DNA of 64,000 bases from Octopus vulgaris (GCA_951406725.2 OX597817.1:114142001-114206000); one strand, 5' to 3'. Shown: positions 13,111-27,495, numbered from the stretch's first letter. Notes: a model not told the origin generated them from the sequence alone. A program made the numbers and translations.

Positions 13111-14502
13111 ACATTTCATGTTATTGTCTTTTGCACCTCCGGATGCACTTTTACATTTCTGCAGTGTATGTCTGTAGCACTGTCTTTCAAATGGTGTAGT
13201 ATTGTGTTTGTATCACTACATCTGCTCTACTTTATTTTGAGACGTATTTTGTCATTTGCAGTTTTCTATTTTAGTATTTCATCTGTTTTTCATCTCAGTC
13301 TTTTACTTGCTTCAGTTATTGGACTGTGGACCATACTGGAGCCCCTCCTTATTTTGCATGCATTATGTGAGTTGTGTAACATGCTTTAGTATCTGGTGAG
13401 ACAACTCCAGTTGTCTTGACATGAAACATTGTTTATTAAGTGTCATCCAATCAGAGGACACAATTCTATCATGTGACATTTTTCATTCCCACATCATTTA
13501 TTATTTAAGCTTACTTTGATTCACCCAAGGGGAACACTTTATTGACTGTACCAGATGATGTTAGATATACATTGACTCATTGTTGTGGATTTACTCTTTC
13601 CACTGTAGCATGCTTACTGTGATACAGACGGTTCATTTTGCATTGTGAACAATTGAAGTTACAGCTGACCATTTTGTTCTTCAGTTTGGAATTGCTGCAA
13701 TGTTTCCTTCATTCGTTTATTGACTGAGCACAATATCATTATTCATCTTACGTTATAACATCTGGCAATGTTTGTTTTGTTTGCATTGTTAGAAAGCATG
13801 GTAGTGGTGGTGGTGATGATGGTGATGGCCATTTGGTAGAACTACCAAAACATCAGACAAAGCCTTGCAACATTTGACCCAGCTCTTTTATATTCTAAGT
13901 TCAAGTTCTCCCAAAGCTCAACTATGTCCATCATAATGTCATATCAACTACTTGGGTCAGTTCTTCTCCCCACTTTCAAAATTAACCTTGCTGTGCTGTG
14001 AGAAGAATGTGAGGAGGAACCCCTCAAAGAATTCCTTTCCTCCATGACAATCACTTCCACTCTATGTCAGAGGATGAAAGTAGTAGTAGTAGTAGTTGTA
14101 GTAGTATGATGATGATGTCGATGTCATGGTGGTGGTGGGGATGGCAGTGCTGCTGCTGTATGAGCTTGTTTACCTTATTCTCTGGCATACAAGTTATTGT
14201 ATATGGTATGTACTGTAAACATTCAAATCTTACCAAATCCTGCTGTATTTCACATGGAATTTTAAGACCTCCAAAGTTGTCTTGGTGTATAAGCTAACCT
14301 AGTATGTGTTGTTTTTAATGTCAGCTGGTGATTGCGCAGAGTATGTGTACATGGATTGTTTAATAATTGGGCACACAGTTTTGTAGAATCCGAGTTGATG
14401 GTAAAATGTAGGATGTAGTGTCGTACTGGGTGTTGATCATATGAGAGTATATATTGTGTTATATTATTGGGTGCTGATTCTGTAGAGTATTTATTTAATG
14501 CA

Positions 14503-14898
14503 TACTCTTTTACTTGTTTCAGTCATTTGACTGCGGCCATGCTGGAGCAATGCCTTTTTAGTCAAGCAAATCAACCCCAGGACTTATTCTTTGTAAGCCT
14601 AGTACTTATTCTATCGGTCTCTTTTGCCGAACCGCTAAGTTATGGGGAGGTAAACACACCAGCATCGGTTGTCAAGCAATGTTGGGGAGACAAACACAGA
14701 CACAAACATTTACACACACATACACACACACATATATATACATATATACAATGGGCTTTTTCCAGTTTCTGTCTACCAAATCCACTCACAAGGCTTTGGT
14801 CGGCCCAAGGCTATAGTAGAAGACACTTGCCCAAGGTGTCACGCAGTGGGACTGAACCCAGAACCATGTGGTTGGTAAGCAAGCTACTTACCACACAG
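14503..14898 (-). mobile_element. Family A SINE, near full length
   Basis: Reverse complement of the 5380-5790 element. Confidence 0.88.
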
Positions 14899-14904
14899 TC
14901 AAAT

Positions 14905-15255
14905 TATTTCTATTGAATTGGGTTTCCTGTAGGTTGTGGACTGTGCCTAACAAGTTCACTGTTTTGGCCAACATTGAGTTGTGACTTTTGGTATGATTTT
15001 TATGTTTTTGTTCTTGTTTTACTTCATCATTCCTAGTTCTGGAACCATTATTGTTAATGCTTATTTCCATGTCAAGATCCTTGTACTTTGACAGTTTCTC
15101 AACATCCTTCAGGACAATAATTTAATCAGAAGTTATAGAGATGACTTTCAGATTAAAGAGATTTTCATACAAGTCCTTCATAATTATATCTTAATGGGTT
15201 GTCATGATCACCTTGTTTGTTTGGACAGGCATGTTCCAGATTATTGTGGTCAGAT
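14905..15255 (-). pseudogene. R4/Dong-like LINE restriction-like endonuclease (RLE) fragment
   Basis: Minus: TIIWNMPVQTNKVI...DII.KD...KDVEKLSKYKDLDMEIS...LLGTVHNL, matching the RLE 'WD..I.TD...RPDI...EK..KY.DL..EI' and 'LLGT.HILR' motifs; contains stops. Confidence 0.65.
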
Positions 15256-17008
15256 AATTGGCACTTATTAATATCAATTAATTAGCATTAGATGTTTTTT
15301 AGCACTACGTATCTATAAGAGATGCTTTCTCAAGATGAATATCACAGTTTCAAGGATGAGTTAAGTATGACATACAGAATGCTCTTCTTAGCTAATACTG
15401 CTTCTGTTGTTCATAACAGATTTTTATCTGCTGGCAAATAGTGATACTGCTGTTTGTTAATAACTGTCTTTCTATATCAGTAAAGGCTAACTTTGTCATA
15501 GCTAGTGGATGCCTGCTAGTGATGATGCTAAAAAAAAAAAAAAATCTCCCAGAAACATGCACTTAACAATCCTACTAGATATGCTTTGTCTGCTACTGAT
15601 ATATATCTGTGTTTTTTAACACTATCTGTCCATGCAAGATACCTTCTCAGGACAAACACAGTTTCAAGATTTATTGCAGTATATCTAAGTTAAACATGAC
15701 ACAGAATGCTATTAGTGGTAATAGTTAGGAGTAATGAAATGGCAGAATTAGTAATGCATTAGACGAATGACCTTGTGGGATTTAGCTGTGGCTCTTTATG
15801 TTCTGAGTTCAAATTGTACTGAGAGCAACTTCGTTTTTTATCATTCTGGCGGTTGATTGCAATAAAGTGCCCATAAAGTACTGGTGTTAATTTAATCAAT
15901 TGAACTCTTCAAAAATTTTTTTTGCTTTGTGCCTGTTAGAAACTAATAGTAGTAGTAATAGTAGAGCTGCTGGTAGCAGTAGCAGTAGCAGTATAAAAGC
16001 AGCACTGTTGTGGCAGGGAAAAAACAACAACAGTTATTACAAATCCACCAAAGTTTTTGTAGTTTCTCATATTTGAATAGCAGCGAATAGTCTGCGATTC
16101 CAGAGGAACCAAAAACTGTGGAATTACAGCAATGGTGGTTAATTGGAACAATTCGTTTGTTTATTTGCTTATTTATTGATTTTTGTTTATTTGTTTGTTT
16201 GTTGTTGACTGTCAGTTCCAATCCTTTCCTGCCCCCACTGTAAGCCTCTTTCCTTCCCCCTTCCCCGACCCATACCACTATTTTTTTGTTTGTTTTTGTT
16301 TTATTGTTTTTTTCTTTTATACCTGGCTCGTTCATTCAGTACAGGTGCAATGCAGACAAATAATGCACACTTGCCAAAAACAAATCAATAAATAGATAAA
16401 TAAAAAAAGAAATAGATAATATAAAACAATTAAAAAATACATAAATATACAATAAATAAATAAAGACAACAAAGTAGAATAATAAATACTTACATAAAAT
16501 ATAAATAAAAATGTGAATGAGTGTCTAAATTAAATAAAAGAAAAAGAACAAAATAATACACAAATTAATATAATAAATGTATAAATAAAATAAATAAATA
16601 AATAACCACCTTATATTTTTGTGCGTAATTCTTTTCTCTCTGATTAATAAATAACCTGTATAGTTGTGTAAATTATATCAGATTATGCATTTTTTTCCCT
16701 TCTTTCTTTGTCTTTCTCTCTCTTTGTGTTTTTCTCTCTGTCTTCGCCTTTGTTTCTGTCTTTCTCTCTTTCTTTCTTCCTCTCTGTCTCTTTTCCACTG
16801 TCTTTTTACTTTGTATATTTGTCTCTATCTTTGTCAGTCTCTGTCTGTCTGTCTCTTTTTTCTTCTCTCACATTATTTGTGACTCTCTTTCTCTCTCTCT
16901 CTGCCTATCTTTCTGTTGATGCCTGTCAGTTTGTCTTTTTCTGTCAGACTGTCTGTTTGTCTGAATCAGTGTATCTGTTATTATCAGCATATCTCTCCCT
17001 CACTAAAC

Positions 17009-17054
<46 letters not shown>

Positions 17055-17261
17055 ATTTGCTTATCAGAGTTAGATTAATTCTCAATTCATATTCATACTT
17101 GCAAATGTGTGGAGTTCTCTGTATAATTCATTTTACCAATTATAACAGTAATGAATGAATGTTTGGTGATTAATCTGTTAGTTTTTGTCATAATCTCCAA
17201 GAATGCTCACAGCACCAACTTTTGGTCATATCTTTGATGATAATACTATTGGTGATGTCAA

Positions 17262-17670
17262 TCATCATCATCATCATCATCATTGTTTAATGTCCACCTT
17301 CCTTGCTGGCATGAGTTGGACAGTTTGACAGGAGCTGGTCAGACAGAAGATTGCACCAGACTTCTGTGTCTGTTTCTGCATGGTTTTTATGGCTGGATGC
17401 CCTTCCTAACACCAACCAACCTGCAGAGTGGACTGAGTGCTTTTTATGTGGCACCAGCACAGGTGAGGTCAGTTTTTACATGGTTTTTAACAGCTGGATG
17501 CCCTTCCAAATGGCAACCACTTTATAGTATGAACTGAATGCGTTTTACGCAGTACCAGTACTGGCAGGGTCACAAAGTCACTTGCAAGACAAGGAATCTT
17601 TGAAAGAAGAGGAGGCATTGGAGGAGGTGGTCTTTTTCAGATGATGAAAGGTTAGAGTGTAACAGAGAGA
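17262..17670 (-). mobile_element. RTE-tail repeat with (GAT)n tail
   Basis: Same tail as 1075-1385, with an internal duplication of the ggatgcccttcc..accac motif. Confidence 0.7.
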
Positions 17671-18764
17671 GAGAGAGAGACAATCTCATGTAAATGTTTC
17701 CTAATTGCTTTGAGAGCTGTTGGTCAGCTCTGGTTTCAAGGTTATACAATATCCATTTCTTTGGATTTGCTGGTTAGTCCCAGTTTTAGGTGGTCCAGTA
17801 CCCATTTCTTTGGAAGTTTTTTTTTAAATTTTATATAATTTTGTCTTTAACAAAACTGTGTTTGTCCCCCCAACATCGCTTGTCAACCAGTGCTGGTGTG
17901 TTTACGTCCCTGTAACTTAGTGATTTGGCAAAAGAGACCGATAGAATAAGTATTAGGCTTACAAAGAATAAGTCCTGGGGTTGATTTGCTCGACTAAAGG
18001 CAGTGCTCCAGCATGGCCACAGTCAAATGATTGAAACAAGTAAAAGAGTAAAAGAGTACCTTGCTGCTCAGTCATTTCATTTCTCGTGATTGTACTCTAG
18101 TGGATCATAGATGGATTACAAACTAACCATTTTCGTCGAAATGAAGCCCACTTCATTGCTTGGTTACTTTATAAGATAACTGATTTGAATGGGTTCTAAA
18201 GTAGATACTGTCTTACAAGCCATAACAGATATTTTGTATTTGGTGTGTATGTGTGTGTGTGTGTCTATTACTACATATATTATATAAAAAGTATCCAGTT
18301 CACTCTGTAAAGTGGTTGGTATTAGGAAGGGTATCCTGCTGTAAAAACCATGCCAAAACAGACAGTAGAACTTGGTGCAGCCCTATGGCTTGACAGCTCC
18401 TGTCAAACCATCCAGCCCATGCTACCATGGAAGATGGATGTTTGATGATGATGATGATGATGATGATTAGTGTGTCCTACAGGGAAATTATGTACCCTCT
18501 TTCAGTTTTGACAATGGGCATTCACTTGTTCAATCAACAGAACTACATACTCATGAAATTAAACTGCAAGTGGCTGAGTATTCCACAGATATGTCTCCCC
18601 TGAATGTAATTTTTCAAATGGAATCAGTGTGACTCAGTGGTATGATGAGGTTCAACTTTTGAATTACAGGTATAGCCCATCAGATGGACCACAATTTTAT
18701 GATCCTGGGTTGTGTACAACACCCTAATCACTAAATCACATACCTCCGCAAAATATTAATATAA

Positions 18765-19157
18765 TCTATATATGTATAAAGCTGCAGGTGTCTGTTTATG
18801 GCAGGTTTGGTAGCCTTCAACTAACACTATCTCCTCCGAGACCCTGCGGTGCAAGTTGACCAAAATTGAGAGTATGTTAGAAGAAGGCTTGCTCTTCGTT
18901 TCATAGAAGATAAAATTCAAATTGGACCATGTTAACACCAAAAATCATTTACATCAAAAAAGTACTTTTTTCTATGAAAATCCCTATTTTTTATGATTTT
19001 TTTTTACTGCTGTGTCACCATTTTTCGGTGTATTTCAATCAGAAAAATGTTCACTTAAAGAGAATAACAAGCTACATAATGCAAAATTTTTACTTTTCAA
19101 AAATTCCAATTCTAAAGGGTCGAAACAAACCCGAGCAATGCCGGGCGATACTGCTAG
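18765..19157 (+). mobile_element. Non-autonomous Helitron
   Basis: 5' A|TCTATATA start; subterminal hairpin cccgagc-aat-gccggg (19130-19145); 3' CTAG|T; no TSD. Confidence 0.8.
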
Positions 19158-19672
19158 TAATATGTAAAGTAATACAGATTCCCTCTGCTCAGTATCATTT
19201 ACAAAGCTTGTGTTGATCTGAGGCTGTGGTTAAAAGATACTTGGCCAAGACACCATACAAAAGGAACGAACCTGGAACTGCATGGCTATGAAGCAAACCT
19301 CTTAACTGCTTAGCCATGCTTTTGTTCATACACAAAAATAATTACTAATGATAAAATCTTTGGTTTGTGTGTTGGTAATCACATAAACCAATGGTAAACA
19401 CTAGTCTTGTGCTCCATGGTGGTCTACGAAGGAGAGGTTACTTATACTATTGACTGACTGCTGTGTTAGTATTCTCATAAGTTGCTAATGTATTTAAGTT
19501 ACTTGTAGAGTGGTGGATGGACATACAGTTTCAGCTCATTCCTAGGTCAAACCGGTCTTGGTCTTCGACCTGAATTTTTCACCACATATGTTGTCTTAGT
19601 AAGCATCTGAGCTGAAGTTAGGATTTTCCTTTGTATTGCTATGTAGTTGTTCATTGTATGCATATGTATACA

Positions 19673-19712
<40 letters not shown>

Positions 19713-20334
19713 GTTTATAGCTGAGAGTGTTCACTTTTTGAATGGTTTTTATTGTACATTGATATTTTTGCTGGAGTATCTATATGTATTTTTGTATGTA
19801 GATAGGTATGTATATATTTCAAGGGACAGTGAATAATAGACAAACACAAAGAGACAAACACTTATAGACAAGAGAGTCGGTGGAGTGGGTGTGAGTGTAA
19901 CTGTGGTGGGGTGGAGTGGAATGGTAAAAAAGGTGACTATAAAGCATTGATAAATGATACAGTATTATGAACAGATTTATTCTAGATAACAGTTAGAATA
20001 GCTGTTGACAGAAGATAGATCAAAGTGAAGTAACACCATTGAAGGAGAGTTGTCTGGCTGCTGTTCTATAAATTATTCATCTCATTGAAACATTAGTCCT
20101 TAGAGAAGAACAGCTATCAGTTTCATTTACCATCATTTGATTCCACCAATCTTTACATACATAAATGATGGCTGTCAGCTTAGTCATCGTTTAGTATATG
20201 TTAGGTTTATGGAGAACTAAATCCTAGACATGGGTTTTCAATTTGTGCTTGTGGCTGTTTTAATTCATGTATAAGTTGTTGTTATCGGTGGTGGCAGGAT
20301 TAACTCCTATCTCAGTAGTTAATCTGTAGTGAAT

Positions 20335-20720
20335 GTTTGAGCATCTTCATACTGGTGGGTGTGAAGGGTGCTGGTGCCTGAGGTGGCTGTTCATGCCTAA
20401 GGCAGCATAGAAGAGCTGGTGGTGGTGGTGGTGGTGGGGGGGGCATTTATCGAAGAGGAGAGTTGGTGTGAATTGCTCTTTGCATCTTCATCTGATCTCT
20501 GCCACTTGACGTCTGTTATCTTCCATCTTGTCCATTTCCTTGATGATGGCATGCTGCCACTTTGGGTGGTGCTTGGTAAAAAAGAAATGATAAATGAACC
20601 ATCATGTATAGTTCCATAAGGTTGCCAGTGGAAGAGGGATATTTCTCATGGACCCTCTCAGAGTAGTAAGGCTGATGTGGTCAGTGTTGTTGATGCTGAG
20701 CCTAAACATCTACAGTTCAA
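20335..20720 (-). pseudogene. RTE/BovB-type LINE 3' end, degenerate
   Basis: Shares ggt.ctggtgcctgaggtgg.tgttca and catgctgccacttt with 51170-51540. Confidence 0.5.
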
Positions 20721-21399
20721 TGTTGTAGGAAAAACATTGGGAAGGAAACAATGCTGGGGTTCTGAATTCTTGCAAAAGATTGAAATCTGCTAAAGGTACC
20801 CGTTTACAAACCATAGACAATTAATTCATTTAGTAACAAAATTCTGTAGATCATAGAAGGTAACCTGCCACTAAAGCCTAAAGCATTATTGGTTGTGGGT
20901 TTCCAGTGGAACCAATCATTGGTTCACTGCATTTCTGGTGGTAAGGATGACAATGGAGTATTTTGTAATGCTGTGGTCTTCGTTCAAGGAAACCCTAGTT
21001 TTTCTATGTCATGTATATCCTTCAATTTTATTTCAATTCATAACTGTAGCTGTTCCTTCTCTTGTTTTGTGACCAATTTCTTTAAGGATATTACCCAGCT
21101 CTAAAAAAAACAAACAAAAACAACAACAACAACAACAACAAAAAACTCTCACCAATGCTACAAGGAATCTCTTTTTCTTTCTCTGCTAAACATCTTCAAG
21201 CTTATGTTTATCAAAACAAAACAACTGGAAAATCAACCATTCCTTAATGAGGTACTCTGACAACTCATTGTTCATAAGCTGATGCCTTATTAAAAAATAA
21301 TGCATAATGGCAATGAGAATAAGGTCCTGAATGATAGACTAGATGGCTTCAAGTTCAAACTTTATTTCATGATCTATATTGTGTCTATGGGGAAAGCAG

Positions 21400-21952
21400 T
21401 TTATAGCTTTGGGCCGACCAAAGCCTTGTGAGTGGATTTAGTTGAACTGAAAGAAGCTTGTCATATATATATATCTGTGTGTGTGTGTGCATGTAAATCT
21501 GTGTCTGTATTTGTACTCCCACCATTGCTTGACAACCGATGTTGGTATGTTTATGTCCCTGTAACTTAGTGGTCCAGCAAAAGAGACTGATAGAAGAAGT
21601 CCTGGGGTTGAGTTGTTTGACTAAAGGCAGTGCTCCAGCATGGCTGTAGTCAAATGACTGAAACAAATAAAAGAATAAAAGAAAGAATCACTAAGTTATG
21701 GGGATGTAAACAAACCAACACCAGGTGTCAAGTGGGTACAAGTGGTGGGGAGCAGTCACAAAGGTAGACACGAACACATCAACCTCCTGCATATGGCAGG
21801 CTTTCACAGAGTTTCTGTCAACCAAATTTACTAACAAGATATTGGTTGATCTGGGGCTATTGTAGAAGACACTTGCCCAAGGTGCCACCAGTGGGACTGA
21901 ACCTGAAACCATGTGGTTGCAAAGTGAGCTTCTTTACCACATAACCATGCCT
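21400..21952. mobile_element. Two family A SINEs in inverted, tail-to-tail arrangement
   Basis: 21400-21680 (+) and 21690-21952 (-). Confidence 0.75.
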
Positions 21953-23390
21953 GGTAAGCTATTCTTTTTTTTGCTTAGGACAATTAGTAAGCTAACAGGC
22001 TGAACTTTCTGAGAGGTTTAGGTCCTGGACTATTGCCACATGTTCATGCATTGAAATTGTGCTATATCATGTCATCATCATCATTTAATGTCTGCTTTCC
22101 ATGCTGGCATGGGTTGGACAGTTTGACAAGGAACTGGCAAGCTGCAAGGCTGTATCAGGCTCTAACGTCATCTTTGGTTTGGTTTCTATGGCTGGGTGTC
22201 TTTTCATAACACCAACCACTTTATGGAGTGTACCGGGTGCTTTTTACAGCGCTTGTGAGGTTGCCATGAAACTTGCAAGATATAAAAGTACAGCAGTAAA
22301 GGAATGGGAAACCTCTAATGCTACTGAAGAAGAAGGTGGTGGAGTTGGGTTGCCTTTTGCCAGGCATTGAAAGGCTAAAATTTGACAGAAGGACGAGCAC
22401 AGGAATCTTGCTATAGAGGAAATACATGGCTGAAGAAAATTAGAGGAAGGTGTGATGGGATGTTAGAACAAACTCTCAAGGAACAAGAAGGTGAGCATGA
22501 GAGGATACAGACAGTGGGCCATGGGAGTGGACAAGAGAGTGTGTGGATGCTTTCATAGGAATGTGAGTGGGGAATAAACTGGTGGAGGTAGAAGTAGATG
22601 TTAGAGGTTGATGTAAGGAGTGACGGGCAAGGTAAGTAATATGTCCGTGTTTGTTCCCCCCAACATCACTTGACAACTGATGCTGGTGTGTTTACGTCTC
22701 CGTAACTCACCAGTTTGGCAAAAGAGAATAAGTATTAGGCTTACAGAGAATAAGTCCTGGGATCGATTTGCTCGACTAAAGGCGGTGCTCCAGCATGGTC
22801 ACAGTCAGATGACTGGAACAAGTAAAAGAGTAAAGAGTATAGTAAAAACATAAACAAAACTTTATAATAAAACTGGTACGCTTTTGTGTTTTCTTCTTCA
22901 ACTGAATATTATATAAGTTATGGACAAGTTAGAAAAAACTTGAACTTTCATGGAAGCAATTTAACAATTTAATTTATTTGTTTCTATTTTGAGTTATTAG
23001 GATTTTTTCTTTAAAGGAAAAAAAAAACCGAATGAAAATAAATACATATATACATAATATATAAAAATTCTGGAAGTTTTTTTTTTTTTTTTTTAATGTC
23101 AAATACAAAATAATACATGGTACATGTGGTTTGAAAATATTGTAAAGAAGATTGGGAGATTTTTAGCTTTAATATTTCTGTTTGATTAAGCTTCTTTATT
23201 TCCAAGATTATGGATTATAAATGTATTTTTTTATCTTCTGTACAGTATTCATTGCAAAGCTGTGTCTTACACTTCGTTTGTCAGCAAATTCAAAATGACT
23301 TTGTGAGGTTTGGAAAATATCAAAATTTAAATTTCTTGAAGGGGGAAAAAAATCTTCTCCCCCCCCTCTCTCTCTCTCTCTCTTTTTTTT

Positions 23391-23422
<32 letters not shown>

Positions 23423-23432
23423 CCTATATATA

Positions 23433-24020
23433 TCTCTTTTACTCTTTTACTTGTTTCAGTCATTTGACTGCGGCCATGCTGGAGCACCGCCTTTAGTCGA
23501 GCAAATCGACCCCGGGACTTATTCTTTGTAAGCCCAGTACTCATTCTATCGGCCTCTTTTGCCGAACCACTAAGTGATGGGGATGTAAACACACCAGCAT
23601 CGGTTGTCAAGCAATGCTAGGGGGACAAACACAGACACACAAACACACACATATATATATATACATGTATACAACAGGCTTCTTTCAGTTTCCGTCTACC
23701 AAATCCACTCACAAGGCATTGGTCGGCTCGGGGCTATAGCAGAAGACACTTGCCCAAGATGCCACACAGTGGGACTGAACCCGGAACCATGTGGTTGGTT
23801 AGCAAGCTACTTACCACATATCTTTTATCTTTTAGTTGTTTCAGTGATTAGCCATGCTGGGGCTCTGCTTTGAAGACTTTTGAGTCAAATGGATTGACCC
23901 CAGTATTTATTTTTTTGAAGCCTGGTACTTATTCTATCAATCTTTTTTGCCAAACTGCTAGGTAATGGGGTTGCAAACACACCAACACCTGTGATAGGAG
24001 ACAAACACAGGCATAATGAT

Positions 24021-24051
<31 letters not shown>

Positions 24052-24310
24052 TGTGTATATATATGTGTGTGTGTGTGTGTGTCTGTGTGTATATATATAT
24101 ATATATATGTTGTGTATATATGTATATATCTTTTATCTTTTTTTTGTATCAGTCATTAGACTGCAGCCATGCTGGGGCACTACCTTGAAGAGTTTTAGTC
24201 GAATGAATCGATCCCCTTGCCACTTATTTTAAAATCTGGTACTTATTCTACTAGTCTCTTTTTCTGAACTGCTAAGTTATGGAGATGTAAACAAACCAAT
24301 ACTGTCAAGT
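23433..24310 (-). mobile_element. Cluster of three family A SINEs or 3' halves
   Basis: 23433-23820 is near full length; 23822-24010 and 24128-24310 are older 3' halves. Confidence 0.8.
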
Positions 24311-24329
24311 GGTGGTGGTGGATGGAAAG

Positions 24330-24480
24330 GGTCACTGACAAGGTTACAGATGTGATGAAAGACTTCCAGCCAATGGGCATAAGATAAAATGAGGACAGTA
24401 TTAAACGAGTGAAGAATGAATATATAGTGCGTGTGTTTATTTGGCAAAAAAAGAAGAAAGATCATCCAAAAATATAACGA
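24330..24480 (+). mobile_element. Degenerate copy of the 55853-56115 hammerhead-bearing element
   Basis: cactgacaaggttacagatgtgatgaaagacttccagccaatg...tttatttggcaa...atccaaaaatataac aligns to that element. Confidence 0.6.
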
Positions 24481-24487
24481 TATAGCA

Positions 24488-24537
<50 letters not shown>

Positions 24538-24559
24538 TAATTGGCATTCTTCGTCTTTT

Positions 24560-24757
24560 CAAGGCCTGTAAGTTTTGGGGAGCGGATAGGTCACTTATAT
24601 CAGCCCCATTGCTCAACTGGTACTTATTTTTATTGACCTCTAAAGGATGAAAGACAAAGTCAGCCTTGGCAGAATTTGAATTCAGAACGTAAAGATAGAT
24701 AAAATACTGCCAAGCATTTTACCTGGCATGCTAGCGATTTTGCTCACTTGCTGCCTT
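24560..24757 (-). mobile_element. tRNA-derived SINE with Meta-like domain (family D)
   Basis: Minus: gttctgaattcaaattctgccaaggctgactttgtctttcatcctttagaggtcaataa...gtaccag. Further copies near 13830, 15735, 28604, 41631, 42062, 52545 and 58215. Confidence 0.75.
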
Positions 24758-24787
24758 AATGATGATAATAATGATGATGATAACAAT

Positions 24788-25523
24788 AACAAAAGCACTC
24801 AGAGAGCACAAACCTCTACCAAGGCAACACCAACATCCTCTCAATGATTAGCCAGATATCTTTTTATATAAAAGAGAGGTTGTGTGCTGTCTGTCTCCTA
24901 CGATATAGATTCCTAACTACTACCACATTTTGCAGTTTAACCAAAACCGGGTATCTTATAGTCGTGATTCATATCGAGCCCTTCTGGGTATTAGTGCGCG
25001 TCTACGATGAGTCTACGATTTAAAATAAGTTTACCATCAATTTTTCCCATTTTTTAATGCATTTTTGGCATATATAAGGGAAGTAACTCTCTAAAAATTT
25101 ATTATTAAATCTCAGAACGTAAAAAGCTACAGTAACACCGATGGCTATTATACTTTACATCTCTAAAAATGCTTATATAGTTATTTCCCTTACAAACCCG
25201 AGCAACGCCAGGCGATACTGCTTGTGATTTATAAAATGAGAATATCTGAAATAAATTCGACTGCTTTCTCAAATGAAAATACTAAAAATGAACCTAACCA
25301 CTCTCAAAAATTAAGTAAAAAACCCAGAAAAATAATCCAGAATCCTTATCCAGAATCAGGTCAATCCCAAAATCTAATCAGGTTGTGCCAGTCACAAGGC
25401 CAAACGTGCCTGAAAATTTTATCCGAATCCATCCAGTAGTTCTTGAGGTATCTTTTCCATGGACAAGCACACAAACAAACACGACTGAAAACAATACCTC
25501 CGCCTTTGCTAAGGCGGGGGTAA
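24788..25523. mobile_element. Helentron-associated (HINE/DINE-like) element, interrupted by a Helitron
   Basis: acctctaccaaggc near one end; 12-bp terminal hairpin tacctccgcctt-tgct-aaggcgggggta (25495-25522) at the other. Confidence 0.55.
24859..25224 (+). mobile_element. Non-autonomous Helitron (same 3' end as 18765-19157, different body)
   Basis: A|TC start; acaaacccgagcaacgccaggcgatactgCTTG|T end (CTAG mutated). Confidence 0.72.
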
Positions 25524-26739
25524 TAATAATAATTATAATAATAATAAAACAATAGCAATAAATGCACAGGAGCCATAAAATCTATGACTACATGGGAAAT
25601 TGATGTTTCAAATACCCCAGAGGCTCTCTAGAAGTTCTGGATAATTTCTGCTACCTAGGTTACTTAATCAACAGTGGAGGAGAATGTATGGAAAGTGTTA
25701 TTGTTACAATAAGAATAGGATGGAGAAAATTCAGAGATCTTTTACCTATCTTTGGCAACCAAAGGCCTCACTCTGAGTCTTGCAACTTATTCTATCAGTG
25801 CTGGTGCCATGTAAAAAGCACTTGTGTTGGTTCCACATAGAAAGCACACAATACACTCTGTAAAGTAGTTGATATTAGGAAGGGCATCCATCTGAGGAAA
25901 CCATGACAAACAGACAATGGAGCCTGGTGTGGCCCCCAACCTTGCCAGCTCCTGTCAAATCATTCAACTCATGCCAGCATGGAAAATGGACGTTAAATAA
26001 TGATTTTATATATATATATATATATATCCTTTTATTCTTTTACTTGTTTCAGTCATTGAACTAGTCATACTCTTGATACTGACATGAAGAATTTAGTCAA
26101 TCAAAATTAAGTACAATAGTTAATCCTATCCATATACTTTTATATGGAAGTTTCCAATCTGGTAATCTTATTAGTCCACAGTGGTGGAAGAATTCAAGTT
26201 GAATAGAGAGTGTTTTGTAAGTGGTTTGGTTTCTACATTCTTAGAACCTGGCCACTTATTTTGGCAAAACAAATGCTCACTGAGCCTCATCAGCAATATT
26301 TAACCCTTTAGCATTCAGATTATTCTGTCAAATGCAATGCTTATTTATTCACATTGTTTTGAATTAATCATTCATTGTCTTTCAGTTTCAAGATTCTAAT
26401 GATGCGGTAGTTTATTTTTAGAATGATATTATAGGTTCTTTCACTTTCTGTCTACAAAATTCACTCATCAGGCCTTGTTTGGCCTGAGGCCACAGTAGAA
26501 GATGCTTGCTTAAGGGATCGATGCTAAATGGGTCAAAATGATTGTAGTGATCACTAAAGATTCTCATATATTTCATTTTCTGTGTCTCACATTAATTACA
26601 TACCTGATGAACACTGAAGAATTCCTGAGGTAGATCCAATGACATTTATATTAATACTGTGGATGACTTCAGCTAGCCATGGGCAGTGAATGTGCTTTAT
26701 CAGCAAACTACCAGGTGTATACCATATGCTTGATAAATT

Positions 26740-26800
<61 letters not shown>

Positions 26801-26803
<3 letters not shown>

Positions 26804-27200
26804 GCACGTGCCATCAGTAGTTACTGAGGGCAGGCAGTTGGTGATCTTTATGTAGTAAAACGCACAAAAAATAAGCAAAACATAGGTGTTTGACTGAGTT
26901 GAATGCTGAACTATTTCTGCCTTTATAGCACATAAAAAAAACAGTGTTGTAGAAATGTATGCAGCATGTGTACTACAGTAGTACTATGCATAGCTTAAAT
27001 ACTGAGATTGAAAAGCAAGGGCGAATTATGCCTACGTAATCTACAAAAGAATAAAACATTTTGTATTCTATACATAGTAATCAGACTAAACTTCATAATT
27101 TTATTTAATTAGGTGCATATTTTGCCATGAGAGGAAAATGTTGCTATTGATCTACAAGCTAGGTACTGCCTACCTTGCCTACCTAGGCAGCACATCCCTG
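26801..27200. mobile_element. hAT-like MITE in (TA)n
   Basis: Imperfect TIRs caggcacgtgc / gcacatccctg and subterminal aggcagt / actgcct. Confidence 0.45.
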
Positions 27201-27204
27201 ATAT

Positions 27205-27495
27205 ATATATCACATGATCACATGACCGATCAAGCTATCAGATGTTGCTATACATCGCTGGTCACAATGCGCTTCGCATTGTTTTAGCCTTCAAATGACA
27301 TTACCCCGCTGGCTAAGTGAACAGGCCTACAGAAGAAAGAGTGAGAGAGAGTTGTGGTGAAAGAGTACAGCAGGGATTGCCACCACCTCCTACCGGAGCC
27401 TCGTGGAGCTTTTAGGTGTTTTCGCTCAATAAACACTCGCAACACCTGGTCTGGGAATTGAAACCGCGATCCTACGACTGCGAGTCCGCTGCCCT
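27205..27495 (-). mobile_element. Family C SINE
   Basis: Reverse complement of 9083-9370, 5'-truncated at the A box. Confidence 0.8.

Noticed and set aside
14467-14916. 149-aa ORF and similar RRHLPKV/EDTCPRCHAVGLNPEPC ORFs elsewhere
   Set aside because: Recurrent translations of the family A SINE.
26250-26300. Minus-strand CTGATGA-GGC...GCC-AAAA
   Set aside because: G12 is missing, stem I cannot form and there is no NUH triplet.
26598-26722. atac-CTGATGA...caaactaccaggtgtat next to (TA)n
   Set aside because: No convincing stem II or GAAA; too degenerate to call.
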